DNA of 30,623 bases from positions 1 through 30,623 of IMG/VR virus record IMGVR_UViG_3300036830_000218; one strand, 5' to 3'. The DNA is from a virus (Duplodnaviria; Caudoviricetes). The notes beneath the pieces are model-generated. The model saw nothing but the letters and a program-made list of their open reading frames with translations. It was not told where the DNA came from and did no database searches. Every line of letters starts with the position of its first letter. Position 1 is the first letter of the stretch. This document shows, one piece after another, positions 8,095-16,341 of this stretch. The position numbers and the translations under genes are program-made.

Positions 8095-9204
8095 TCAGGC
8101 AGCGAACAAGGCGGCCTGCACCCACACGGACGGGGCGGATTCGCCCGCGCACGTCGCACCAGGCTGAACGATAAGCCAGGATGCTGCAACGTCTAGAACC
8201 AAGGCGACGCAGGAGATGTCGAAATACTCGCGGCCCCTGATGGGCTTCTCGCCCGCAAGTTCCAAGGCCGCCATCACCGCGCGCTCGGCATCGGGGGCTA
8301 CGGTTCCCGGAAGCCCCGTCGCCAAGCGGACTACGTCGCGGTACCCCTGTGCGGCATGGGCGCGCAACCTAGGCCGGGGATCGCCTGACGTGATACCGAA
8401 CTTCACGCCGGCGGGCCCCGTGACAACGTAGAAGGCATCCCACGTCATGCCCCTGCACGCCCGGCAGACGCCGCCACCAGCAAGAACGCTGGCAGGCCAG
8501 GGGCTGCACGAGTGCCCGGCGGCGCACCTCACGGCGTGCGGGCGGCCAGTACCGGCCCACGCCTCGTAGAGCGGCACTGCGCCGAGCTCCGCGAGCCGGG
8601 CACGGAACCTTTTCTCGACCGTCGCCGAGTCGCGTCCGATACACACCCGGCAGATTCCGTCACCGTCTCGGACGTCGTTCGGCCGGGGGTAAGACTCATG
8701 CCCGTTCACACACCGGACATGATGGCCGGCACCGGAGCCCCGGTACTGCTCATACAAGGGAGTGGCCCCGAGTTCGGCCAGCCGAGCCAGGAACGCCGCC
8801 TCGGCCGTATCCGGATCCCTGCCTACGCAGACTCGGCAAGGACCGCGGCCCATTTTGAGGCTGTCCGGGGAGGGCCGGCATTCATGGCCTGCCGAGCACC
8901 GAACGCGATGGCCAGAGGAGCTCTTGATGTACGGCTCCAGCAGCGTGGCGCCGAACTCGGCGAGCCGTGCGAGAAACTCGGCTTCAGCCACGGCGGGGTC
9001 CTTGCCCGCGCATGTTATGCACAGGCCCTGGCCTTGCTGAAGGCTATTCGGGCGCGGTCGGCATGCGTGACCCGAACGGCACGTTACGCGATGTTTGACC
9101 AGAGCGCCCAGCCATACGGGCTCAAGTAATTCCGCGCCCAATTCGGCCAGTCGCGTCCTGAAGGCACCTTCGGCTGCCAGCGACGCGGGAGAACGGATGG
9201 CCAT
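8095..9204 (-). CDS. Zn-finger-repeat protein with C-terminal GIY-YIG (T5orf172-like) nuclease; probable homing endonuclease
   Basis: Four ~62-aa repeats F..RLAE.GA..L.......H.V.C..GH...P.P.....G.G.C..C, then FYVV....VKFGIT...RL..H...E...REYF; start ATG 9204; sits between terS and terL. Confidence 0.75.
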   Translation of the reverse strand: MAIRSPASLAAEGAFRTRLAELGAELLEPVWLGALVKHRVTCRSGHACRPRPNSLQQGQGLCITCAGKDPAVAEAEFLARLAEFGATLLEPYIKSSSGHRVRCSAGHECRPSPDSLKMGRGPCRVCVGRDPDTAEAAFLARLAELGATPLYEQYRGSGAGHHVRCVNGHESYPRPNDVRDGDGICRVCIGRDSATVEKRFRARLAELGAVPLYEAWAGTGRPHAVRCAAGHSCSPWPASVLAGGGVCRACRGMTWDAFYVVTGPAGVKFGITSGDPRPRLRAHAAQGYRDVVRLATGLPGTVAPDAERAVMAALELAGEKPIRGREYFDISCVALVLDVAASWLIVQPGATCAGESAPSVWVQAALFAA

Positions 9205-9215
9205 GCCCAATGATC

Positions 9216-9653
9216 TCAGGGGGTACTGACATTCTCCCTGGTCAGCGGAAGCCCGAGCTGGGCATTCAGCTTGGCGATCTCGCGGTCGATCGCGTCGAGG
9301 CTGATGTACTCGTGGCGCTCCGGCGCGTCCAGCCCGAGGAGCCGGGCCTTGCGCTCGGCCCACCCGCGGATCGAGTTCCACGCCTCCACCGCCGTGCGGG
9401 GACGGTCGTGGTCGCGGGCCAGGCCCAGCAGGTCGGAGATCGCGTCGTCGATGAGCATGAGCTCCTCGGCGCGGTGCTCCTCGACCTGGGCGGCCGGGAT
9501 CTCCGCGAGGGCCTGGGCGTAAAGCTGCTGGGCGCGCTGGCGGGAGATGCCCATGCGCTTGCCGATCTCGGCCATGGACAGGCGCTGGCGTCGCAGGCCG
9601 ACGACCTGGGCGCGGCGCTCGGCCTGCTCGGCGGTCCGCTGGTTGGTGGGGAT
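9216..9653 (-). CDS. terS: Terminase small subunit (HTH), probable non-canonical ATC start
   Basis: RRAQVVGLRRQRLSMAEIGKRMGIS HTH and ERKARLLGLDAP motif; AGGAGGT SD 6 nt before in-frame ATC at 9653. The ORF-track ATG 9575 lacks an SD and truncates the HTH. Confidence 0.75.
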   Translation of the reverse strand: MPTNQRTAEQAERRAQVVGLRRQRLSMAEIGKRMGISRQRAQQLYAQALAEIPAAQVEEHRAEELMLIDDAISDLLGLARDHDRPRTAVEAWNSIRGWAERKARLLGLDAPERHEYISLDAIDREIAKLNAQLGLPLTRENVSTP

Positions 9654-9867
9654 AGCTAGACCTCCTGACGCAAGTGGCGAGCCCGGCGTGGGCGCAATGT
9701 CGGATCTGGCGAGTACTGACCTGCGAAAACTCGGTAGATTGATCTTGGTCCGGGCCAGGTGGCAGCCCCGTCCAGCGTGCCCTCTGCTTGGAGCCCGGCC
9801 CTGGGGCCGCTCCTGAAACGGGGTGATGACTGCCCTTGGCCGGCACGCTCGACCTGGCCCGGCCGCC

Positions 9868-10140
9868 CTATTCGGGACCGGCTGCCATCGCCTCGATGAG
9901 CGGCGCGCAGTTCAGGGGCCGGTCGTCGATGGCTTCCCGCGCGTCCCAGCCCTTGCGTGCCGCAACCATCCCGGCCACGGGCCGCAGGGACCGCTCCAGG
10001 GCGCGCGCGCGGGCCTTGGCGGCCTTCCCGTCAGCGCACCCGAGGAGGGGGGCGATCTGCGCCCAGGTGGCCCCGTCGGCCTGGGCGATGCGGACGGTGC
10101 GCAGGCGCGTCGCGGCGTCGCGGATGTCGCGGGCGTTCAC
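9868..10140 (-). CDS. Hypothetical HTH-like protein
   Basis: GATWAQIAPLLG HTH-like segment; GTGA overlap with upstream ORF. Confidence 0.5.
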   Translation of the reverse strand: MNARDIRDAATRLRTVRIAQADGATWAQIAPLLGCADGKAAKARARALERSLRPVAGMVAARKGWDAREAIDDRPLNCAPLIEAMAAGPE

Positions 10141-10310
10141 CGCTCGTGCCTTCCGTGCTCCCCGTGGTGCTCGCGGGAGTCATGGTGGCGGTGGGGGCGC
10201 ACGAAGAACTGCCCCTCCCGGACCGCGCGGACGTTGCCTGCCGCGTCCGTGATCGTCGTCGTGGCGATCACGGGGAGCGGGGGGCAGTCACACGGCTTGT
10301 GCCACCACAT
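10137..10310 (-). CDS. Hypothetical protein with His-rich C-terminus
   Basis: MWWHKPCDCPPLPVIATTTITDAAG...HRHHDSREHHGEHGRHER; fills the gap between coupled neighbours. Confidence 0.5.
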   Translation of the reverse strand: MWWHKPCDCPPLPVIATTTITDAAGNVRAVREGQFFVRPHRHHDSREHHGEHGRHER

Positions 10311-10315
10311 CGCGG

Positions 10316-10615
10316 CTAGGCCGTGGTCTGGAAGACCGCGGTGCTGCCGTCGTCGGACGCGCTGGCCCACGTGCGGGCGCCCGAGTCGGTGGTGGAGACC
10401 ACGTCGCCGGCCGGCTGGGGGGTGTTGACGGTGAACGGGGCGGCGAGGGTGGCGACCTGCTCGCCGGCCGCGTTGGTGATGACCGTGGTGGCGCTGAACG
10501 GCACCGGGACCGAGCTGGGGCTGTCGGCCACGTAGACCACGGTGAAGGTGATCGGCTCGCCCTGGTCGTAGGTGGCGTCGGGCGCGTCGAACGTCTGCGA
10601 GGTGATGCTGGCCAT
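10316..10615 (-). CDS. Hypothetical beta-rich (Ig-like?) protein
   Basis: GAAGGA RBS; T/A/V/S-rich; strong GC3 bias. Confidence 0.6.
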   Translation of the reverse strand: MASITSQTFDAPDATYDQGEPITFTVVYVADSPSSVPVPFSATTVITNAAGEQVATLAAPFTVNTPQPAGDVVSTTDSGARTWASASDDGSTAVFQTTA

Positions 10616-10653
10616 GGCGGAATCCTTCCGGGTGGCGCGGAATGAGGGTGGGG

Positions 10654-10860
10654 TCAGGCAGCTACGCGGGTGAATCCGCGGAGCTTGTGTTCCGCCTTGG
10701 CCACGGCGAGGGCGGTGTAGACCGGCTGCCCGCCGGGATTCAGGCCGGCGCGCTCAAGATGGCCGCGCCGTTCCCAGGTGCGGATGCGCTCGACGTCCAC
10801 GTGAGCGACCTCGGCAGCTTCCTGCCGGGTGAGCAGCATCTCCGGTCCGGTGATGACCAT
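10654..10860 (-). CDS. MerR-type HTH DNA-binding protein
   Basis: LLTRQEAAEVAHVDVERIRTWERRGHL...G.PVY; GGAGGTG RBS before ATG 10860. Confidence 0.75.
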   Translation of the reverse strand: MVITGPEMLLTRQEAAEVAHVDVERIRTWERRGHLERAGLNPGGQPVYTALAVAKAEHKLRGFTRVAA

Positions 10861-10882
10861 GAACGTCACCTCCAGGCAGCGC

Positions 10883-10921
10883 AAAATGCCCTCTCACCAG
10901 CGGTTTCCTGGCGGAGGGCAT
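10883..10921 (-). terminator. Intrinsic terminator-like hairpin at the head of the late operon
   Basis: Minus strand ATGCCCTC-cgccaggaaaccgctggtga-GAGGGCAT-TTT. Confidence 0.55.
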
Positions 10922-10935
10922 AGATCTTCCCGCTC

Positions 10936-10964
10936 AGCATCGGGCGCGCCCACCCTGTTGTCAA
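10936..10964 (-). promoter_or_regulatory. Putative late promoter
   Basis: Minus strand TTGACA (10964-10959)-17 nt-GATGCT; perfect -35, imperfect -10. Confidence 0.5.
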
Positions 10965-10974
10965 GTCACACCGC

Positions 10975-11691
10975 TCAGGCGGCGTCAGAAAGCGCGGCGT
11001 AGTCCTCGAGCGAGAGCATCCGGCCGCAGTCCTCGTCGCGGCAGACGACGTACGGGGCGCCGTCCTCGCGCCAGAGGGTGAACAGGCTGCACCGGGGGCA
11101 GCGCTGCTTCATGTGCTTCAGGCCGGCGCCCGAGCTGGTCTTGCTCGTGAGCTCGCGGTGCCACTTGCGGGTCTCGGCTCCGAAGTCCGCGGCGACGTCC
11201 TCGTTGAGCAGCAGCCGCTCGAGGTGCTGCACCAGCCACGCCAGGATCGTGGTCAGCTCGGTGGCCAGGTAGCCGCGCCGTGCCCGCGGCTCGTCTCCCC
11301 GGGCGACCGCTTCCCAGTCGCGCGCCCAGGAGGTGAGCTCGTCGATGTCGTCCATCGCAGGCGACGGGCTGGGGGTGCCCTTGGTGCCGCCTACCCGGCC
11401 GGGGCCGTCTGCGGGCTGGCTGCTGCCGGGCAGCTGGGACATGCGGAGGGCGGCGAGGTCGTCGAGTTCGGCGAGGGCGGTGCGGATCGAGGCGGAGCAC
11501 CGGCCGCAGAACACGGGCTCCCCGTACCAGGGGAGGATGGCGGGGGGGGCGGGGGCCTGCGGGGGTTCCTGGCCGGCCAGGAGGCACCTGATCGCCTCGG
11601 CGTGCCTGGCTGTGGCGTCATCCCAGAGTGCGCGTGCCCTCCGGTATGAGTTGTTGCACGGACCAGGGCACTCGGCTGGGACCACGGCCAC
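10975..11691 (-). CDS. Zn-ribbon protein, candidate late transcription regulator
   Basis: CPGPC, FCGRC and C-terminal CPRC...VVCRDEDC; GGAGGT RBS; last gene before the promoter/terminator. Confidence 0.55.
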   Translation of the reverse strand: MAVVPAECPGPCNNSYRRARALWDDATARHAEAIRCLLAGQEPPQAPAPPAILPWYGEPVFCGRCSASIRTALAELDDLAALRMSQLPGSSQPADGPGRVGGTKGTPSPSPAMDDIDELTSWARDWEAVARGDEPRARRGYLATELTTILAWLVQHLERLLLNEDVAADFGAETRKWHRELTSKTSSGAGLKHMKQRCPRCSLFTLWREDGAPYVVCRDEDCGRMLSLEDYAALSDAA

Positions 11692-11779
11692 ACCTCCGGG
11701 GGAGCGCTGCTGCAGGTCAGGCTATCTTGCCCTATCCGGAGAGTAAGCGGGCCGTCACTCCCCGGCTACACCGGCAGGG

Positions 11780-11878
11780 CTAGGCGAACCAGTGGTCCAG
11801 GGCGCTCATGAGGCCATCGTGGATGTCCTGCACGGTCTGGCCGATGGCCTCGCCAATGCGGTGCAGCCAGCCGCTCAC
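11780..11878 (-). CDS. 32-aa amphipathic peptide
   Basis: MSGWLHRIGEAIGQTVQDIHDGLMSALDHWFA; GTGA overlap with upstream stop, GAGGGAG RBS. Confidence 0.5.
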   Translation of the reverse strand: MSGWLHRIGEAIGQTVQDIHDGLMSALDHWFA

Positions 11879-12222
11879 GGGGCTCCCTCGCACTCGTCGT
11901 CAGGCTCGTCGTCGAACGGGCCGAAGTGGATAACCTCGGGCCGCTGGCGGCTGCCGATCGCCGCGCCGGTCATCGTCCAGGTTGAGCCGTCCAGACCGGC
12001 AATGGGCATCGGCGCGGGGAACTCCACGGCGACCCACTCCACCGGGACGGAAAGGGTGACGCCGCCGCGGTCGTGCTCGGCCTGGTCCTCGCAGGGGCAG
12101 TCCAGGCAGACGCAGAACTTTGCGGTCCGCGTGGTGCACTGGTCGCAGGGGCACTGGCACAGGCCGTCCGGGGCGAAGTGCCCGGCGACGTGGCCGTTCA
12201 TCGGCAGGCCGATCGCGCTCAT
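11875..12222 (-). CDS. Cys-rich hypothetical protein (leaderless)
   Basis: CQCPCDQC...CVCLDCPC cluster; TAGGAT -10 located 7 nt before ATG 12222. Confidence 0.55.
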   Translation of the reverse strand: MSAIGLPMNGHVAGHFAPDGLCQCPCDQCTTRTAKFCVCLDCPCEDQAEHDRGGVTLSVPVEWVAVEFPAPMPIAGLDGSTWTMTGAAIGSRQRPEVIHFGPFDDEPDDECEGAP

Positions 12223-12250
12223 GCCCTCAATCCTATCGAATCGCCGCAGG

Positions 12251-12958
12251 TCAGACGGCTGAAATGGCCGCGTGCCACCCGCTCGCCAGCAGCGCCGGGT
12301 CGGCAGCCTGGACAGCCAGGACGGCGAGGGCGAGCACCAGGGCCGGGAACACGAACATGGTCTCTGGTCGCGTTCCTGTCGACCACGCAAAAGGCTCGGG
12401 CAGAAAGTGCACCCGGTACTGGCAGGGCCAGAGCCAGTTGACGCCCGAATCGGTGCAGCTGTCGAGCGCGGCATGCACGAGGCAGCCCAGGAGCACGGCC
12501 AGCGGGATCAGGGCGAGCCCCCAGCCGAACCAGATGACCGCCGCGGACACGAGGATGCCCGTGACGTCCGCGATGTGGCTGCGCGTCACGTGCAGGGCTT
12601 CCAGGCCGGCGGAGACGCTCAGGGTGATGAGCAGCGCCAGTCCCGCCATGCCGGCGTAGTCCCCGCGGAAGTGGCAGGCCAGGAGCGCGAGCCCGGTGAA
12701 CGCGGCAACTCCGATGAGGCTGTGCGTCGCATGCCTGTGGCCGCCGCTGACCTTGCGCACCAGGTGGGACACCGCGCCGGAGATCAGGCCGAGCGAGCGC
12801 GCGCCGGTCGAACCGCAGCTGTCCAGGTCGAGCAGGAGCGCCATTCCCGTGGTCAGGCCCGCGAGCTCGGCGTCGTGCTTCAGCGTCATGTGGGTGAAGA
12901 CCCCGACGCCCAGGCCGAGGACCGTTCCTGAAAGCGCATGGACGCGGCCGGTGCACAT
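12251..12958 (-). CDS. YdjM-family membrane metal-dependent hydrolase
   Basis: M.GRVH...G, LDLD, HR..THSL, G.LVH...D..T.SGV..LWP motifs; multiple TM segments; AAGGAGA RBS. Confidence 0.85.
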   Translation of the reverse strand: MCTGRVHALSGTVLGLGVGVFTHMTLKHDAELAGLTTGMALLLDLDSCGSTGARSLGLISGAVSHLVRKVSGGHRHATHSLIGVAAFTGLALLACHFRGDYAGMAGLALLITLSVSAGLEALHVTRSHIADVTGILVSAAVIWFGWGLALIPLAVLLGCLVHAALDSCTDSGVNWLWPCQYRVHFLPEPFAWSTGTRPETMFVFPALVLALAVLAVQAADPALLASGWHAAISAV

Positions 12959-13039
12959 GGTCGTTCTCCTTGGTCGGTTCGGGTGGAGGCCCGGCGGCGG
13001 CTCGGTCTGGATCCGCACCGCCGCCGGGGGTTCATGGGG

Positions 13040-13312
13040 TCAATCTCGGCTGAGCCAGCCAGCCATCTCGCGGCTGACAGACAGCAGGTTGCGGGGCTCT
13101 GCGGTAGCGCGTGCGGCCAGGACGACGGCCAGCCTGCGGCGATTGAACGTCACGTCGTCGTCGGCCTGCTGGATCCACTCGGCGACCTGCTCGGCCGGGC
13201 GGAACAGGGATGCGAGGTCAATAGGCGACTCGGCTGCCGGGCGCAGCATCGACGTGATCGCGGACATGGCCAGCGCCCGCGAACTGATCGGCCCCTGGAT
13301 GTCATGCAGCAT
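13040..13312 (-). CDS. Hypothetical helical protein
   Basis: Overlaps the end of the TraB-like gene and fills the gap. Confidence 0.45.
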   Translation of the reverse strand: MLHDIQGPISSRALAMSAITSMLRPAAESPIDLASLFRPAEQVAEWIQQADDDVTFNRRRLAVVLAARATAEPRNLLSVSREMAGWLSRD

Positions 13313-15167
13313 CTCGGAGTACCTGCCCTTCTCCTGTGTACTCCCAGGACGGGAGCCATTTCGGCGAGCCTGGCACGGCGTGCGGGACGCGGGCCGCGTT
13401 GGCGATGTCCTTCGCGAACGCCGCGTCGAGCGGCAGCAGGCCGCCCATCTCCGCTGCGTCGACCTCGGCCTCTTCCTCGCCGACCCACACGCTGCGGAAC
13501 GTCGCAGCTGACCGGTGGTCGACGGAGTTGATGTAGCCCAGTCCGCCGATGTCCGATGGCAGGTGGAACGGCTGCCCCTGGATCCCCAGGAACGTGGCGT
13601 TGAGGTTCTCCGCGCTGCGGAAGGCCACGGCCTGCATCGCGGCGAGGGACTGGCGCAGCGCCCGGGACTTCATCTCGGCCAGGCCGGCGAGCTGGTTGCC
13701 GACGACCAGCGCCATGCCGGCTTTGCGGCCCAGCTTGCCGATCTGGGACAGGATGTACTCGGCCTCGCCTGCGTAGTCGCGGTGCTGGAGCAGCAGGTGC
13801 ATCTCGTCGAGGATGACCAGCATCAGCGGCAGTTCCCAGGTGGGCCGGAACCGGCCGACGCCGCGGATCTCGCGGCCCTTGGAGTCGATCCAGGGCGTGT
13901 TCCCCAGCCGGGCCGAGCGCTTCAGCAGCGCCGCGTACAGGGACCGCAGGGCCGCCATCGACGAGTCGGTGCCCAGGGCGGTGAGGTCTACGCGGCCGGT
14001 CCAGCCGGGCAGCGACTGGGCCTGCGGGTCGAGGATCCACCGCCGGATCAGCCGGCGGCCCTCCGCGTCCACGGCCACCCCGGCCTCGGCCAGCAGCAGC
14101 GACAGGAACCCGGACTTTCCCGAGCCGGTGGAACCGGTGGCGATGCAGTGCGCGGCGCCGGAGCCGGGCTTCCAGAACCGGTACCGGGCAGGCTCGCTGT
14201 CGCCGAACCAGCCGGCGGTGATGATGCCCTCGTCCAGGTCGAGCGTGGAGCCGGCCCACATCTGGGCCTCGGTGAACTGCCGCGAGTTGGTGATGACCGA
14301 CACGTCGGCGCGGGACCGGGAACGTGACCTGCCGTGCTCGACGGCGACCTGCTCCCACGGCACGTCGTAGAGGGAGCAGATCCGGTCGTGGACCTGCGAC
14401 ACGCTGCCGGTGGTCTGCTTGCCGCGGACGAGCTGGACGCCGAGGCGGAACCCGTTGGTGATCGGCGAGAACGCCACGACCTCGGGCTCATGGCCGGTCT
14501 CGGCCTTATGGGTGCGGGCGGCCATCTCCAGCAGCGGCCCCTCGGCGCTGAACTTGCAGTCGCCGCCCTCGGGGCACCAGGCGTAGCCGCCGGGGTCGGC
14601 GAAGGCGAGCGGGCCGTCTTTCAGGCAGAACGCCTCGCGGAACGCGGCGACCTGAGGGGGGATGTGCGGACCGCGGGCCGGCTCGACCGAGGCCTGGGGT
14701 TCGTGCTCGCGGAACCGGCGGCGCTGCGCCCGCAGCCACGGGGCGGCGGCAATAGCGCCGCCGCCAAGGAGAAGCCCCTGGGCAAGCGGGCTGCTCACGC
14801 CGGCCGCTGCGCCGGCGAGAGCCGTAGCGGTCCCGGCACCCCAGTAGCCGGCCGCCTGCCACTGGACGCTGCGGTGGCGCTTGCGGTTCCGCCACGCCAG
14901 CCGGGCGCCGATGACGGCCGAGGACGTCCCGATGACATACGCGGCCCACGGGAACGGGATCAGGTGGCCGGCGAGCGCTGCGCTGTCGGCTGCGGCGATC
15001 CACGCGGGCGCGGCGAGGTAGGAGTGGTGGTGCACCATGGACGCAGGCCGGAACTCGGCAAGGCGTGCAGCCTTCTTCTCGGCCAGCGCCTGCGCCGCGC
15101 GGATATCCGCCAGCGCAGTCTCCATGCGCTTCAGCTCAGCCGGGCCGAGCGCGGTCTTGACTGCCAT
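13302..15167 (-). CDS. FtsK/SpoIIIE-family conjugative DNA translocase (TraB-like)
   Basis: N-terminal TM helices, Walker A GSTGSGKS, ILDPQ, Walker B LVILDEMH, GRKAGM, NQ and GLGY motifs; AAGGAGG RBS; Spd-like neighbours. Confidence 0.85.
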   Translation of the reverse strand: MAVKTALGPAELKRMETALADIRAAQALAEKKAARLAEFRPASMVHHHSYLAAPAWIAAADSAALAGHLIPFPWAAYVIGTSSAVIGARLAWRNRKRHRSVQWQAAGYWGAGTATALAGAAAGVSSPLAQGLLLGGGAIAAAPWLRAQRRRFREHEPQASVEPARGPHIPPQVAAFREAFCLKDGPLAFADPGGYAWCPEGGDCKFSAEGPLLEMAARTHKAETGHEPEVVAFSPITNGFRLGVQLVRGKQTTGSVSQVHDRICSLYDVPWEQVAVEHGRSRSRSRADVSVITNSRQFTEAQMWAGSTLDLDEGIITAGWFGDSEPARYRFWKPGSGAAHCIATGSTGSGKSGFLSLLLAEAGVAVDAEGRRLIRRWILDPQAQSLPGWTGRVDLTALGTDSSMAALRSLYAALLKRSARLGNTPWIDSKGREIRGVGRFRPTWELPLMLVILDEMHLLLQHRDYAGEAEYILSQIGKLGRKAGMALVVGNQLAGLAEMKSRALRQSLAAMQAVAFRSAENLNATFLGIQGQPFHLPSDIGGLGYINSVDHRSAATFRSVWVGEEEAEVDAAEMGGLLPLDAAFAKDIANAARVPHAVPGSPKWLPSWEYTGEGQVLRDAA

Positions 15168-15216
15168 CGAACTTCCTCCTTCCGTGTCGTCTCGCGGTTC
15201 CCGGCCTCCGGGGAAA

Positions 15217-15240
15217 GCCGCCAGCCGTGAAGCTGGCGGC
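15217..15240 (-). terminator. Hairpin upstream of the TraB-like gene (terminator/attenuator)
   Basis: GCCGCCAGC-cgtgaa-GCTGGCGGC, followed by TTT on the minus strand. Confidence 0.45.
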
Positions 15241-15263
15241 CACCCTGGCTGTCGGGGCAGCCC

Positions 15264-16340
15264 TTACGCCTCGACGTACCAGGGCGTATCGGCGACGTGT
15301 TCCTGGCCCCCGGCGGCGGCGTGAGCGTCGGCGATGTCGGTGTGGACGCCGCCCAGCAGCGCGCCGGACTGGTCGGCCAGGCCACTGAGCTCGGCCGCCT
15401 GCTCCTGCATCTGCTCGAAGTGAGCGATGACGTTGGGGTCGGCGTTCTTCGACAGCAGGTTGCCGATGATCCCGTCGATCTGCGCGGTCAGGCTGCCGGC
15501 GAGGCCCTTGAGGGCGCTGGCCGCGCCCTTGGTGCTGGCCAGGTCGGTGCCGGCATCGCCGTCGACCTCGGTGCCGGTGTTGAACCCGTCGGCGGTCGGG
15601 CGGATGCCAATCACGGTGTCTTCCATGTGGGTGTCTCCATTCGGGTTGGCGGTGTCGTCTTCGGAAAGGGCTGTCTCGTCGGGCGGCTCGGGGTCCCCGT
15701 CGTGGAATGCCGTGTCCCATACCTCGCCGGGACGTGGCTCCACGACGGAGGGGGCGTCCGGGTTCTCCCAGTCGGCCGGAAGTGGCTCGTCCCAACTGTC
15801 GGCTGGCGCGGCCGTCTTCTCGGCCTGCGCGCAGTCAATGTGCGCCAGTCCGTCGTTCGGCCGGGCATCCAGGTCTGTGCCGCAGAAGATGCACTGCGGG
15901 TCGCGGCGGCCACGGGCGATCCCCGCAGCCTCCCCGGCCCCGACCGCGCCCCCGCCGGCCGGGAGGCCGGCCTCGGGGTCGGCGAACACGTTCTCGGCGT
16001 CCCCGAATGCCTCGTCGTGCGCCTGGCGGTAGGCGTGGTAGCGAGCCCGGGCGCCCTCGCGGACGGTCTCGGCGCGGGTACGGGCTGCCTTGTGGGCCAG
16101 CCACCCGGCATGCAGCCCGGTGCGAGCGACGGGGAAGCCGTGGAAGACCTCCCCGGCGATGTAGCCCAGGGCGTGATGGCGGGCGATGCGGCCATGCTCC
16201 GCCTCGGGGATGACGCCGCCCGGATACTGGCGGGCGACCTCGGCGACGCGCGCCGCCCGGGACCGCCGGTAGTCGGCCTTCACGTGGTCGTACACATCCC
16301 TGAACGCGCAGCCGACCAGGAAGATGATCAGGATTTCCAT
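15264..16340 (-). CDS. Transfer-region protein (TraA-position), N-terminal membrane anchor, helical C-terminal domain
   Basis: Hydrophobic N-terminus, CIFC...HIDC motif, acidic linker, helical C-terminus; directly upstream of the TraB-like gene; internal GGAGA-ATG at 15626. Confidence 0.55.
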   Translation of the reverse strand: MEILIIFLVGCAFRDVYDHVKADYRRSRAARVAEVARQYPGGVIPEAEHGRIARHHALGYIAGEVFHGFPVARTGLHAGWLAHKAARTRAETVREGARARYHAYRQAHDEAFGDAENVFADPEAGLPAGGGAVGAGEAAGIARGRRDPQCIFCGTDLDARPNDGLAHIDCAQAEKTAAPADSWDEPLPADWENPDAPSVVEPRPGEVWDTAFHDGDPEPPDETALSEDDTANPNGDTHMEDTVIGIRPTADGFNTGTEVDGDAGTDLASTKGAASALKGLAGSLTAQIDGIIGNLLSKNADPNVIAHFEQMQEQAAELSGLADQSGALLGGVHTDIADAHAAAGGQEHVADTPWYVEA

Positions 16341-16341
16341 G

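Noticed and set aside
9205-9846. N-terminal extension of the 583-aa ORF 8095..9846
   Set aside because: Overlaps terS out of frame and reads as R/P/G-rich shadow sequence; the repeat protein begins at ATG 9204.
13302-16340. Type VII secretion (EccC + WXG100) interpretation
   Set aside because: Single ATPase domain with TraB-like layout, no WxG motif and no other ecc genes; Spd/Kor context fits conjugation better.
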